The notes below the pieces were generated by a model. The model worked only from the letters and a program-made list of their open reading frames with translations. It was not told the origin of the DNA and did not search any database. The translations under genes and the position numbers were made by a program. Shown one piece after another: positions 9,155 through 17,529 of a DNA stretch of 64,000 nucleotides (positions are counted from its first letter, which is position 1; the number at the start of each line of letters is the position of its first letter). Origin of the DNA: a virus (Duplodnaviria > Heunggongvirae > Uroviricota > Caudoviricetes); the IMG/VR virus record IMGVR_UViG_3300020048_000032, positions 19,147 through 83,146 of that record; one strand, written 5' to 3'.

Positions 9155-9298
9155 TTAGTATTTTAAATTTCTAGCAAGCTGCTTATCGCAGGATGCACAG
9201 ATTATTCTTCCGTCTTTATTTGATGTTTGACTATACAATCTCTTATTGCATTCTTTACACACCGCCTGCACTGAGCGTTTCTTTTTCTTTCCGTTCAT
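9155..9298 (-). CDS. small zinc-ribbon protein (47 aa), missing from ORF track
   Basis: GAGG RBS 7 nt upstream; MNGKKKKRSVQAVCKECNKRLYSQTSNKDGRIICASCDKQLARNLKY (CxxC...CxxC). Confidence 0.45.
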   Translation of the reverse strand: MNGKKKKRSVQAVCKECNKRLYSQTSNKDGRIICASCDKQLARNLKY

Positions 9299-9313
9299 AG
9301 GTACCTCGCTTTC

Positions 9314-9841
9314 TTAATCCCAAAGTCCAGTAAGATGTTTTCCAAATGCCTCTAATCCTGCTTGCGCACGAGTAGCTGCATCTCTATGTTCTTCAAATGT
9401 TTTTTCACTAAATGGTGTAAGATAACAATTGTCATCAATTATCCATTGTAAGCCATAAAGCATTTCTTCTATTATTTTATCCCAAGCAGTACAAGGGTCT
9501 TCATCACGTGATGATGCGGTGTTATCAAAAAAGTCCACTGGGCATCCATGCTTCTCCATTTTACTAAATCGTACAAGTAACGGGTATATTTTCCAAGCCA
9601 CAGTATAATCTAATCCCCATAACTCAGTTTTCTTAGTAGGTCTATCCCAGTGAGTAGCACCTAAAGCACGCAACTCTTTTGCAACAAATATTCGGTCTAA
9701 TACCCAATCGATGGGCGGAATTTTTATTTGCATCCTTAAGATACGACCAGGTAAGATTCTAAGTTCATCACGTAGAGTCCAATCATCCATATTGTTGTCA
9801 TCGCTCTTCTCAAAAAGGTAATGCATAATCTTTTTTAACAT
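9314..9841 (-). CDS. hypothetical protein
   Basis: ORF track; 4-nt gap to the RNA ligase gene. Confidence 0.5.
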   Translation of the reverse strand: MLKKIMHYLFEKSDDNNMDDWTLRDELRILPGRILRMQIKIPPIDWVLDRIFVAKELRALGATHWDRPTKKTELWGLDYTVAWKIYPLLVRFSKMEKHGCPVDFFDNTASSRDEDPCTAWDKIIEEMLYGLQWIIDDNCYLTPFSEKTFEEHRDAATRAQAGLEAFGKHLTGLWD

Positions 9842-9845
9842 AGTA

Positions 9846-10901
9846 CTACTCCTTATTTTTCATTAAGAACTCTGGACTAACCGCTTTAAATGAACGCACT
9901 AGTCTACCAAAATCATCATATTGTCTAAACACTAGACCCTCTGCTAAGACATCCTTGTTTAGCGTAGATGGATAAGTTGCCATCTCTAAGATGTCATCAA
10001 CTTGTTTATCCTTAATATTAACCCAAGGGAATCTCACCGGGACATTCATAATATACTCATGCCCATTAAAGTTAGGTTGTTCTAGTGCAAGGCTTACACC
10101 ATCAATAATAAAATTAAACATATAAAATCTAATGTCGTCCAAGCCATACTTATTACCTTGAATCTTTGGTCCTATAATCTCACCTTGGATAACAACGGTC
10201 TTTGCACTAGTAGTTCTAGCAAACGACGTTAGGACACCTTTAATATTATATTTTACAGCAATCTTTGCCCAAATATTATCTTCATCATAAATACGATTGT
10301 TTCTAGAACAAATAATAAATTCATTATCCTTAAGTGCATAAGTAGCAGATGAACCATCTAGTTTTTCTGTAGCGGTCCAGCCACCATCTTCTTTAAGAAA
10401 CGCTGTATTATTTTGAATGCGGTCTTCGTCTGTTTTACGAATCCACCCAGGCCAATTAGATGTAACCTTTTTTCTAGAGATAGTCTTCTTGAATAGTTTT
10501 CTAAACCAAAGATATCTCATCATAAAAGAAAACAGTCTGCCTAACAGAGTCTTGCGTACTTCTACTTCTTTGTTATATTGTATGATGCCTAATTCTTTAG
10601 TAACATCATCACCAAGCTTATGCTTCTTCTTTAGGATACTAAGAGGGAACACAATTCCCTCGCTTCTTACCCCGGACATTTTCATAGTTTTAATAATATA
10701 ACGTTTTGATTCAAGAAACTTAAATTCTTCTTTAGGTGGAAGTTGACTATCAATTTCCACGTAAACACATAGGTCACCATTTTGAAACTGCCCCTTGACC
10801 ACAATAACATTCCAACCATCAACTTTAACTTGCTCGATACGGTCTTTACCTTCAATAGGGCGAATGTCACTAACTTGTCTAATTGTTGCTAGCTTTCTCA
10901 T
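9846..10901 (-). CDS. ATP-dependent RNA ligase (Rnl-type nucleotidyltransferase)
   Basis: Ligase motif I KxDG in TEKLDGSSATYAL; N-terminal MRKLATIRQV...VDGWNVIVVKG domain as in phage/bacterial RNA ligases. Confidence 0.6.
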   Translation of the reverse strand: MRKLATIRQVSDIRPIEGKDRIEQVKVDGWNVIVVKGQFQNGDLCVYVEIDSQLPPKEEFKFLESKRYIIKTMKMSGVRSEGIVFPLSILKKKHKLGDDVTKELGIIQYNKEVEVRKTLLGRLFSFMMRYLWFRKLFKKTISRKKVTSNWPGWIRKTDEDRIQNNTAFLKEDGGWTATEKLDGSSATYALKDNEFIICSRNNRIYDEDNIWAKIAVKYNIKGVLTSFARTTSAKTVVIQGEIIGPKIQGNKYGLDDIRFYMFNFIIDGVSLALEQPNFNGHEYIMNVPVRFPWVNIKDKQVDDILEMATYPSTLNKDVLAEGLVFRQYDDFGRLVRSFKAVSPEFLMKNKE

Positions 10902-10912
10902 GTACCCTCCGT

Positions 10913-11815
10913 TTATTTAGTTGTGTCTACAATAGCTGAGCCTGTAGTAATAGTTACCCAGCCCCATTTAATTCTTGCTTCCATTTCCATTTTCTTTAAA
11001 ATCTCTGGAGTGATGGAGAACGATAATAATTTATTTGCGTCAGCAGCTGTTTGAGCTTCGATTAAAGTAACCTTAGCTGCGGCCTCTGCTTCAATGACTT
11101 TAGTGGCTGCTTCAATGCGTGCTTTCTCTTGCGCTTGTAATGCTGTTTCAGCATCTTTTTTAGCGACAGCTTCTCTTACAATAGCACTCTCGATAGCTTC
11201 ACCTGCATCCGTATCTACTAAGGTTAAGTATTTAAAATTAATACCTACTGCGGACAGTTCCTCTTGAAGTCTTACATTTACTTCAGCAATTAAGTCTGCA
11301 CGAGCAACCCCTAGAATATCGATAATGTTATACCTTACCGTAACTTCTGAAATAGTTTTACGTAGTAAGTCTGGGATAAGAACCTCATCTACTGCTTTTA
11401 GAGTTCTAAACCCTTTAAATACAGCACTAGGTTCTGAGACATTGTACTTTAGATTGACTATAATAGTTACATATTGTGAATCTTTAGTTTGAGCATATAA
11501 CCCTTCAACAGTTTTCTCACGGACCTCAGTAGAGATAACATACAAAGTGTCTAATGGGGATTTAATATGCATGCCTTGTTCAATAACAGAGGTCTCACCT
11601 GTAACTTGATTAAACAAGATACCGGTAGAATTAACTGGCACTGAGGCATACATGGCAAATGCAATTAAGAGAAGTGGTAATAACCCTAAGAGAGTCTTTG
11701 CTTGAATCTTAAACGTAAGCTTGTCATTCCCCGCCTTGTCTGTAACAATACGAGCAGAAGCTAAAACTAATCCAATAATGGTAAATACGATAGATAGTAC
11801 TAAAAATAACATTTT
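10913..11815 (-). CDS. SPFH/band-7 (prohibitin/HflKC-like) membrane protein
   Basis: N-terminal TM helix; SPFH-like core; Ala/Glu-rich coiled coil (AQEKARIEAATKVIEAEAAAKVTLIEAQ). Start moved to MLFLVLS (RBS AAAGGAAAT) rather than the upstream in-frame ATG at 11899. Confidence 0.6.
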   Translation of the reverse strand, partial: KMLFLVLSIVFTIIGLVLASARIVTDKAGNDKLTFKIQAKTLLGLLPLLLIAFAMYASVPVNSTGILFNQVTGETSVIEQGMHIKSPLDTLYVISTEVREKTVEGLYAQTKDSQYVTIIVNLKYNVSEPSAVFKGFRTLKAVDEVLIPDLLRKTISEVTVRYNIIDILGVARADLIAEVNVRLQEELSAVGINFKYLTLVDTDAGEAIESAIVREAVAKKDAETALQAQEKARIEAATKVIEAEAAAKVTLIEAQTAADANKLLSFSITPEILKKMEMEARIKWGWVTITTGSAIVDTTK

Positions 11816-12046
11816 GTGATTTCCTTTCAATAGAGATAGCCAGTCTTTCCTTGCCTCGGGAACTGGCTGTGGCATGGTACCATGCGCCCTGTACAACATG
11901 CAGTGTTGTGAGCCGGTCAGTTTACTAACTGACTAAAGAGAGGTTTTTAATCTAACCACCCAACCTCTAAGGTCCCGCTTTTTTGTATTCTACCAGTACG
12001 GGCGTTTACTGAAGCAGTTTTATGACCACGTACTCAGGTCAGCTGA

Positions 12047-12382
12047 TTATTCGATAGACTCAACAACGTCTGGTTGAAGTTGTTTTTTGTTCTGCTTTAG
12101 CCAATATAAAGTATTTCTTAAATCGTTGATACGACCTTCCGCACCACTCAATGCATAAGACTGCTCAAAATTAAATGGTTCCTTCGATATACGAATGAAA
12201 CGCTCAATATCGTTATTTAACGCACTCTCATAACGTTTAATGGTATCGTCTAAACTCTGCAATAACGTCTTACGTGGATAATCTGGATTCTTTTTCATCT
12301 CTGCGCATAAATTGCAATACACCTTCGCATGATTTTCAACTACTATATGTAATTCACGACCACAACTACTACACTTTATCAT
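12047..12382 (-). CDS. hypothetical zinc-ribbon protein
   Basis: CSSCG...CNLC at N-terminus; GGAGGACAAG RBS. Confidence 0.5.
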   Translation of the reverse strand: MIKCSSCGRELHIVVENHAKVYCNLCAEMKKNPDYPRKTLLQSLDDTIKRYESALNNDIERFIRISKEPFNFEQSYALSGAEGRINDLRNTLYWLKQNKKQLQPDVVESIE

Positions 12383-12394
12383 CTTGTCCTCCTG

Positions 12395-12428
12395 ACCACA
12401 AAAATTTAGACCCTCAACGAAGAGGGTC
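12395..12428 (-). terminator. rho-independent terminator (minus strand)
   Basis: Minus strand reads GACCCTC-TTCGTT-GAGGGTC followed by TAAATTTTTG. Confidence 0.55.
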
Positions 12429-12477
12429 GTTTCAATCTAACCGTATGTTAAGTCCAACGAAGGACTAACGGGTAATA

Positions 12478-12618
12478 TTACTTCATCAAGTATACTATCA
12501 ATAATACCCAGCACAAAGTATCTAGGCTTGATAGTGCAATGACCAAAGCAGGATTCGTTCTCATCATATAACTTATACGCTGATTAGCACGGTATACTGC
12601 ATAGTTAACTCGTTTCAT
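12478..12618 (-). CDS. small hydrophobic protein (46 aa), missing from ORF track
   Basis: Strong RBS AAAGAGGACACCAA-ATG; MKRVNYAVYRANQRISYMMRTNPALVIALSSLDTLCWVLLIVYLMK; sits between promoter 12646..12674 and terminator 12395..12428. Confidence 0.45.
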   Translation of the reverse strand: MKRVNYAVYRANQRISYMMRTNPALVIALSSLDTLCWVLLIVYLMK

Positions 12619-12645
12619 TTGGTGTCCTCTTTCTTTAATAAATTC

Positions 12646-12674
12646 ATTATATCATGTATTGCTTATTTTGTAAA
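12646..12674 (-). promoter_or_regulatory. sigma-A-like promoter: -35 TTTACA, 17 nt, -10 TATAAT
   Basis: Conserved cATTATATCATG...TTTGTAAA block on the plus strand. Confidence 0.6.
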
Positions 12675-12714
12675 CATTTATTTTACAAAGTTCTTAATAT
12701 ATTCAATAAATCTT

Positions 12715-13386
12715 TCAGTCATTTTTATTCTCATATCGTTTTTCTATTTTTAACATCTTATTTAACTTCTCAATATCTGTTAACATTGTTGATAAAAACA
12801 TTGGACTTACATTTGACTCATTTTTATATATAGCATACATTCTTTCCGACCGTTCTAATTCATCCTTAAGGATATCTCCGATTATCGACATAAATTGTAC
12901 TTCCTCCTTTGGGCCTCTTGAGTCTAACGGTCCCATATCATGTTGCTTAAATTTACCCTGATATTTATCCCTACGCTGGGTTAACTCCCACATTAATTTA
13001 GTCATTAACACTAGTCCATATGGATTATAATTATCGTGACCCTTCGCAAAATTTATGCATGCTTTGTCTATTACGCTTTTAAATATTTCAATTCTACTAT
13101 TAATGTAGGCTTCATTAAAATAGTATCCGCAGCTTCTATCAATAGCATCTAATATTTTATCATCACAACTAATAGCAAATGCAAAGTCGTCTTCATACAT
13201 ATGGTTCCAGTAATTATCAAAATTAACCTTTGTACCACAGTTAGGACAATACACACCACCATAAGTGCCAGTACCAACTCCAACCCCACCATAAATAGCT
13301 TCTTCGCATGCGGAGAGCATATTTACGTAATCGCAATATCCACAGTAGCCTCCACCGCACAGCTCTTGACCAGTGACTATGCTCAC
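12715..13386 (-). CDS. Cys-rich hypothetical protein
   Basis: ORF track; CGGGYCGYCDY...CPNCG cluster near N-terminus. Confidence 0.5.
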   Translation of the reverse strand: MSIVTGQELCGGGYCGYCDYVNMLSACEEAIYGGVGVGTGTYGGVYCPNCGTKVNFDNYWNHMYEDDFAFAISCDDKILDAIDRSCGYYFNEAYINSRIEIFKSVIDKACINFAKGHDNYNPYGLVLMTKLMWELTQRRDKYQGKFKQHDMGPLDSRGPKEEVQFMSIIGDILKDELERSERMYAIYKNESNVSPMFLSTMLTDIEKLNKMLKIEKRYENKND

Positions 13387-13655
13387 TTAGTGTGCTGACC
13401 TTTCCAGTATGCAAACCAGGTTAACAAATAAACTAGAGTTGTGTGCATTGTAATAATCAGCAAGATGATTAGTATATCGCTTTTAGGTGACTTTAAATAA
13501 GTAGATATCAATATGCCTATAAACAAAAATAAATCAATTAACAATATAGGCCATAACCCTCCATGTACTTTTGTATTTAGCACTTGTGTTATTTTTTGAG
13601 ATACAAAGAAGTACCCCATGCCAATTAATACTAATAGTATATACCCATAATTCAT
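13383..13655 (-). CDS. membrane protein (3 TM helices)
   Basis: ORF track; hydrophobic throughout. Confidence 0.5.
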   Translation of the reverse strand: MNYGYILLVLIGMGYFFVSQKITQVLNTKVHGGLWPILLIDLFLFIGILISTYLKSPKSDILIILLIITMHTTLVYLLTWFAYWKGQHTK

Positions 13656-13681
13656 AATATACCTCCGATGTTAATAATTAA

Positions 13682-13788
13682 GCCGCCCCAGGGGAATTGA
13701 ACCCACAGACCCTACTATACCACTCCGCCACTAAGGCGGTGCGGAATCGAACCGCTAGTAGACGATACCATCGGGGCGGATTTGGTCA
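13682..13788 (-). ncRNA. tRNA-like segment I could not fold cleanly (two T-arm-like motifs; possible 98-nt long tRNA or two degenerate tRNAs)
   Basis: GCGG-TTCGATT-CCGC and GGG-TTCAATT-CCC motifs; ends CCGCCCC...GGGGCGG could pair as an acceptor stem. Confidence 0.3.
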
Positions 13789-13862
13789 TGCTACGCAGAA
13801 TTGAACTGCGATTGGTAGGATGAAAACCTACTGTCCTTCCATTAAACGATAGCACGATGAGA
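13789..13862 (-). tRNA. tRNA-Glu(TTC): tRNA-Glu(TTC), CCA encoded
   Basis: Hand fold: acceptor CGTGCTA/TAGCATG, D-stem GTTT/GGAC, anticodon arm GTAGG-TTTTCAT-CCTAC, T-arm CGCAG-TTCAATT-CTGCG, A-CCA. Confidence 0.7.
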
Positions 13863-13917
13863 ATGTCTTTTCGTGAAGGCTAGGCATACAGAACCTTAAT
13901 TACATTATATCACAATT

Positions 13918-14718
13918 TTATTCTTTTGTAAACTCTTCTTCTATACTTTTTTTAACTATCTGTTTAATTAGGTCATTTACTTTATAGAGAGTAGTACCTT
14001 CAATTGGATAAAGGACTTCCTGTTCTTGCTTTTCCCTCTTCAACTTTTCAATTAAATATTTTGCAGCTTCTTCTGCCTCGTCTAAAGTTAACTTACCTAC
14101 CTTAATGTCCAGCATACTATCACGCGCTGGGCCTTCTGAAAACCACAGGCTGTTTGTAAAGCTTATTCCCATTACTAGTCTATCCATCATGTGAGATAAT
14201 CTTGCAATGTGATGTAGCTGCTTTGGGTCATAGCCAAACTTTTCTATTTTCTCGAGCGTGGCTGGATACGGATGCTTCAGGGCCTTCTGTTTCTCTAAGG
14301 CCATACCATATATACATTTTATTAAAAGTGCCTTACGGTCGCTTACAATGTCCGGTAGGAAGTCTCTAATTTGTTTCCATTCATCTGAATAATCAGTAAC
14401 GAAAATATTACTGGCTAGGAGTTCCAAGTAACTCGGATTCGCTTTAGCCAGTAACTCTTCTAACAACCTAACATCTTTGATTTCTACTTGGCCCCAATCT
14501 GTCTTAATAACTTTTGAGACCATTTTATTAGTATAAATATCATCGAAGTCTGGCAAGACAAAAGCCTTGCAATCAATATCAGAGGAGTAGTCTGGACTGT
14601 AGATATCTAAATTATAGTTCTGAGACCCGTGTAAAACTATTACGAATACTTTGTACCCGTCTGCTTTTAAGTCACATGTGACCTTGGCTAGAACGCCTAT
14701 AATTTCTTTCTTATTCAT
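13918..14718 (-). CDS. Pol-beta superfamily nucleotidyltransferase (RNA-repair-associated type; possible CCA/tRNA nucleotidyltransferase role)
   Basis: Motif LHGSQNYNLDIYSPDYSSDIDCKAF (hG[GS]...DxD); class-2 promoter upstream. Confidence 0.45.
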   Translation of the reverse strand: MNKKEIIGVLAKVTCDLKADGYKVFVIVLHGSQNYNLDIYSPDYSSDIDCKAFVLPDFDDIYTNKMVSKVIKTDWGQVEIKDVRLLEELLAKANPSYLELLASNIFVTDYSDEWKQIRDFLPDIVSDRKALLIKCIYGMALEKQKALKHPYPATLEKIEKFGYDPKQLHHIARLSHMMDRLVMGISFTNSLWFSEGPARDSMLDIKVGKLTLDEAEEAAKYLIEKLKREKQEQEVLYPIEGTTLYKVNDLIKQIVKKSIEEEFTKE

Positions 14719-14769
14719 TGATACTCCTCCTCTGTTGTTATTAATTATCTCTTCCCTATATAAATAAAT

Positions 14770-14803
14770 ACTACATAAAAAGAATCTAAGTTAATTTACT
14801 TTG
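14770..14803 (-). promoter_or_regulatory. promoter class 2 (TAACTT, 15 nt, AG, TATTTATTTA)
   Basis: Aligned copy. Confidence 0.5.
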
Positions 14804-15335
14804 TTCCTTTTTTGTCTGTACGTTTTCTAAACAAATATGCAGCAATAATAATTAGTACTAAAATCCAAAACGGAATTGTGCCTATCATAAACCACATCCA
14901 ACCTCCACCACAGAAGGTACAGACAAGTTTATCAACGTAAACAATTTTTTCGACAACTTTATCCACATAAATAATTTTATCTACTAAAATTTCTTTAGTA
15001 ATAATTTTATCAACATAAACAGTTTTAACTACCTCTTTGTCTACATATACAATTTTATCTACATAGATGTTTTTAATTACTTCTTTGTCGACATAGATAA
15101 GCTTGTCCACATAAATGGTCTTAATGACTTCTTTATCTATATATACAATCTTGTCTACATAGATAATTTTTGGTTCACATGTACATTTTGGGTCATCATG
15201 ATGGTTACTGCCATCATTATGTACATTTTCATTATGGTTACAATTATCATTGTCATGGGCACTAACATTTGCGGCCGGTGCAAACAATAACAGCACAACT
15301 ACAGAAAGCAGTAGTATACTAACTAATTTTTTCAT
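14796..15335 (-). CDS. secreted, membrane-anchored tandem-repeat protein (signal peptide; His/Asp/Asn-rich segment; about 9 YVDK repeats; C-terminal TM helix)
   Basis: MKKLVSILLLSVVVLLLFAPAANVSA signal; HDNDNCNHNENVHNDGSNHHDD; repeats YVDKIVYIDKEVIKTI; the DNA carries 48-nt tandem repeats at about 14935-15175; C-terminal WMWFMIGTIPFWILVLIIIAAYLFRKR. Confidence 0.6.
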   Translation of the reverse strand: MKKLVSILLLSVVVLLLFAPAANVSAHDNDNCNHNENVHNDGSNHHDDPKCTCEPKIIYVDKIVYIDKEVIKTIYVDKLIYVDKEVIKNIYVDKIVYVDKEVVKTVYVDKIITKEILVDKIIYVDKVVEKIVYVDKLVCTFCGGGWMWFMIGTIPFWILVLIIIAAYLFRKRTDKKGTK

Positions 15336-15434
15336 TATGAGTCCTCCTTTTGGACAGAAGGTCGGTTACACTATTAGCTTCATATTGTTCAAGTGTCCAT
15401 ATACAAACAATACTTCATCGCGTCCAATTTATAC

Positions 15435-15713
15435 TTAGCTTTCGCTAGAGTATTTTGCTAACTTCTTTAAATCTGATATCTTCCAATTCTTATTCAGTCT
15501 TAATCCCGCTTTATGATAAGTAGAGTAGCGACGCATTGTTTTAGTATTTGTCTTCTCTGTGCAATAGGAACAAGAGCAATGAATCTTGTTCTTACTTAGT
15601 CTACCATCGTCTCTCCACCATGGATAATCATTTGACCAAATCTTAGTTAGAATGAATTTCTTCTTTTTAATATGGCGTTCTCTTTCGTAGATAATTTTTT
15701 CTCTAGTGTGCAT
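15435..15713 (-). CDS. basic hypothetical protein
   Basis: ORF track. Confidence 0.45.
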   Translation of the reverse strand: MHTREKIIYERERHIKKKKFILTKIWSNDYPWWRDDGRLSKNKIHCSCSYCTEKTNTKTMRRYSTYHKAGLRLNKNWKISDLKKLAKYSSES

Positions 15714-15743
15714 AGTTCCTCCATATATTATATTGGCACCCCA

Positions 15744-16331
15744 CTACTGTTTTGTCTGTACCTTGCCTGCTCTTGGGCCACGGATAACACCTTTTTGAGC
15801 AGCAGATATTCTTGCTCGGTGTTCTTCTGAAAATGGAGGAAGTTTTCGCCCTGTTAATGCTTTTGATAGGTTCTTTTTATGCACTTCCGACCTAGGTGCT
15901 CGCTTAACCCCGGTATGAGCAATTGACATCTTCTCTTTTGTTTTATCTGAATGACATTTGCCTTTCATCCAGGGTACTTGACCTTTATTAGATAAAGATG
16001 CTTTTAATTTAGATTCTTCTGAATGAGCGGCATACTCTCCACCTGTTGTAGAATTATATCCAAACTCATAATTAGTAGAATTATGTTCTGCAATCAGCTT
16101 AATTTCAAGTGCACAGGCATCTTCTTTTGTTAAGCCAGATGCTATAATCTCATGCTGTACATTTTCCCAACTATACTTCTGGATAGCCCTAGCTAAATTT
16201 GGCTGACTAACCTCTTTGTATTTATTACCAAAAGTTCCCCACCTGCTTGTTGGTATTTTTGCCCCAGTTAATCCTATATAAACTTTTCCATTAGGAAATG
16301 TATGTTTATAGACTACATAAGATTTAATCAT
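15744..16331 (-). CDS. GIY-YIG homing endonuclease with NUMOD3-like DNA-binding repeats
   Basis: YVVYKHTFPNGKVYIGLT (GIY...YIG); repeats GKCHSDKTKEKMSIAHTG, RSEVHKKNLSKALTG, FSEEHRARISAAQKG. Confidence 0.75.
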   Translation of the reverse strand: MIKSYVVYKHTFPNGKVYIGLTGAKIPTSRWGTFGNKYKEVSQPNLARAIQKYSWENVQHEIIASGLTKEDACALEIKLIAEHNSTNYEFGYNSTTGGEYAAHSEESKLKASLSNKGQVPWMKGKCHSDKTKEKMSIAHTGVKRAPRSEVHKKNLSKALTGRKLPPFSEEHRARISAAQKGVIRGPRAGKVQTKQ

Positions 16332-16794
16332 AATTTACCTCCAAATTTTCTTTCCTAAACAATATTTATATTAGATACTTATGTTTAATTGGTCCGCTCA
16401 GAAGAACTTGAATCCTCAACCTTCTCGTTCGAAGCGAGCTGCACTATTCAATTGTGCTATAGGCGTATAGAAGTCCCCCTAACGCGCAACACTATCCCTT
16501 TGATATAAGGTCGTGTCAGATGCACCAGAAGCAGAGTTCTTTCATCTGCCGAAGGACTATATTGAATCTGGTTACCGCTTGCCTTGGTAATATCGTTTAT
16601 CCAAGACGCTCTAAATCTTAGTATGTCGCCAAACATACCATTACTGTCAATTAGTGGAGTAGCACATTTTTCAATTGTTAGTGGTCAACCGAAATCGTCA
16701 CTTGTTTTATGTCTGGACGCCAGATGGCAGAGTACTCCCAACTCTTCCCGATAGTTTTAATGGCACTATCTACGCCCATAGATTTATTTGGTGG

Positions 16795-16830
16795 AGCTGA
16801 CGAGAATCGAACTCGTGTTAGTTACTGTGC
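16795..16830 (-). ncRNA. tRNA-Ala/tmRNA-like 3' terminal module (T-arm CGAG-TTCGATT-CTCG, then CAGCTCC-A-CCA) with no canonical 5' partner nearby
   Basis: Minus strand reads ...ACGAGTTCGATTCTCGTCAGCTCCACCA. Confidence 0.35.
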
Positions 16831-17232
16831 TGGCTCTATACATTCGTACTTACAGCACTACTAGTATAGACACCGTGCGTTGTAACTCTGACCATGACAA
16901 CCCCATAAGTTGAGCAGTTAGATAGCATGCTCAGGCTTTCTCACCCTGGTAATTCGCAATACCAGAATCGGTAAGTAAGTATCTTCGTCAAGACTTACTT
17001 ATCTTATGGTTTCTCGTCGACTGCAACCATCAAACTCCGACTGCCCCTTGACCATATACTTTAACTAGGGTAAGTGCCTGTAAGTACTGTTGGATTCGAA
17101 CCAACGGCTCAGCCATTACCAATCAACGATAACTCGTTAACTCGTAATGATGAATACCGATATGTGCCTCGGTATAACGGCTAACTGTCTAGCCAGTTAT
17201 ATTTATAGTGCATACTGGTTAGCACATAGTTT

Positions 17233-17360
17233 TCTTCCAGTAAGGATTTGCACCTTACACGATTGTCGACCAAACACAATAACTCCATATACGTTTATTG
17301 TGAGTCACCAGTATGAACCATCGTTCAAGCCTGTGTGTCTACCTATTCCACCATGGAAGA
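17233..17360 (-). ncRNA. tRNA-like structured RNA element, copy E2
   Basis: Closing stem TCTTCCA/TGGAAGA (compensatory relative to E1); GTG-GAATAGGTAGA-CAC; hairpin GTAAGG-TGCAAAT-CCTTAC. Confidence 0.5.
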
Positions 17361-17529
17361 ATCTTAGCTCCCACTTACTGGTAGGGTACACCATATCTAG
17401 TAGGTTGGCTATGTCCCTACATCTCTTTAAGACCACTGTATTCTTCGATGTATGCGTTGAAAGTATTCTCCGTAATAAGCGTTGTTGATTCGTGGTGTGG
17501 CAGCTGCCTGTTCTGCCCTTAGATAAATA

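Noticed and set aside
10417-10870. ORFs 10417..10701(+) and 10682..10870(-) inside the RNA ligase gene
   Set aside because: Nested in or antisense to a 351-aa ORF that carries a recognisable ligase motif.
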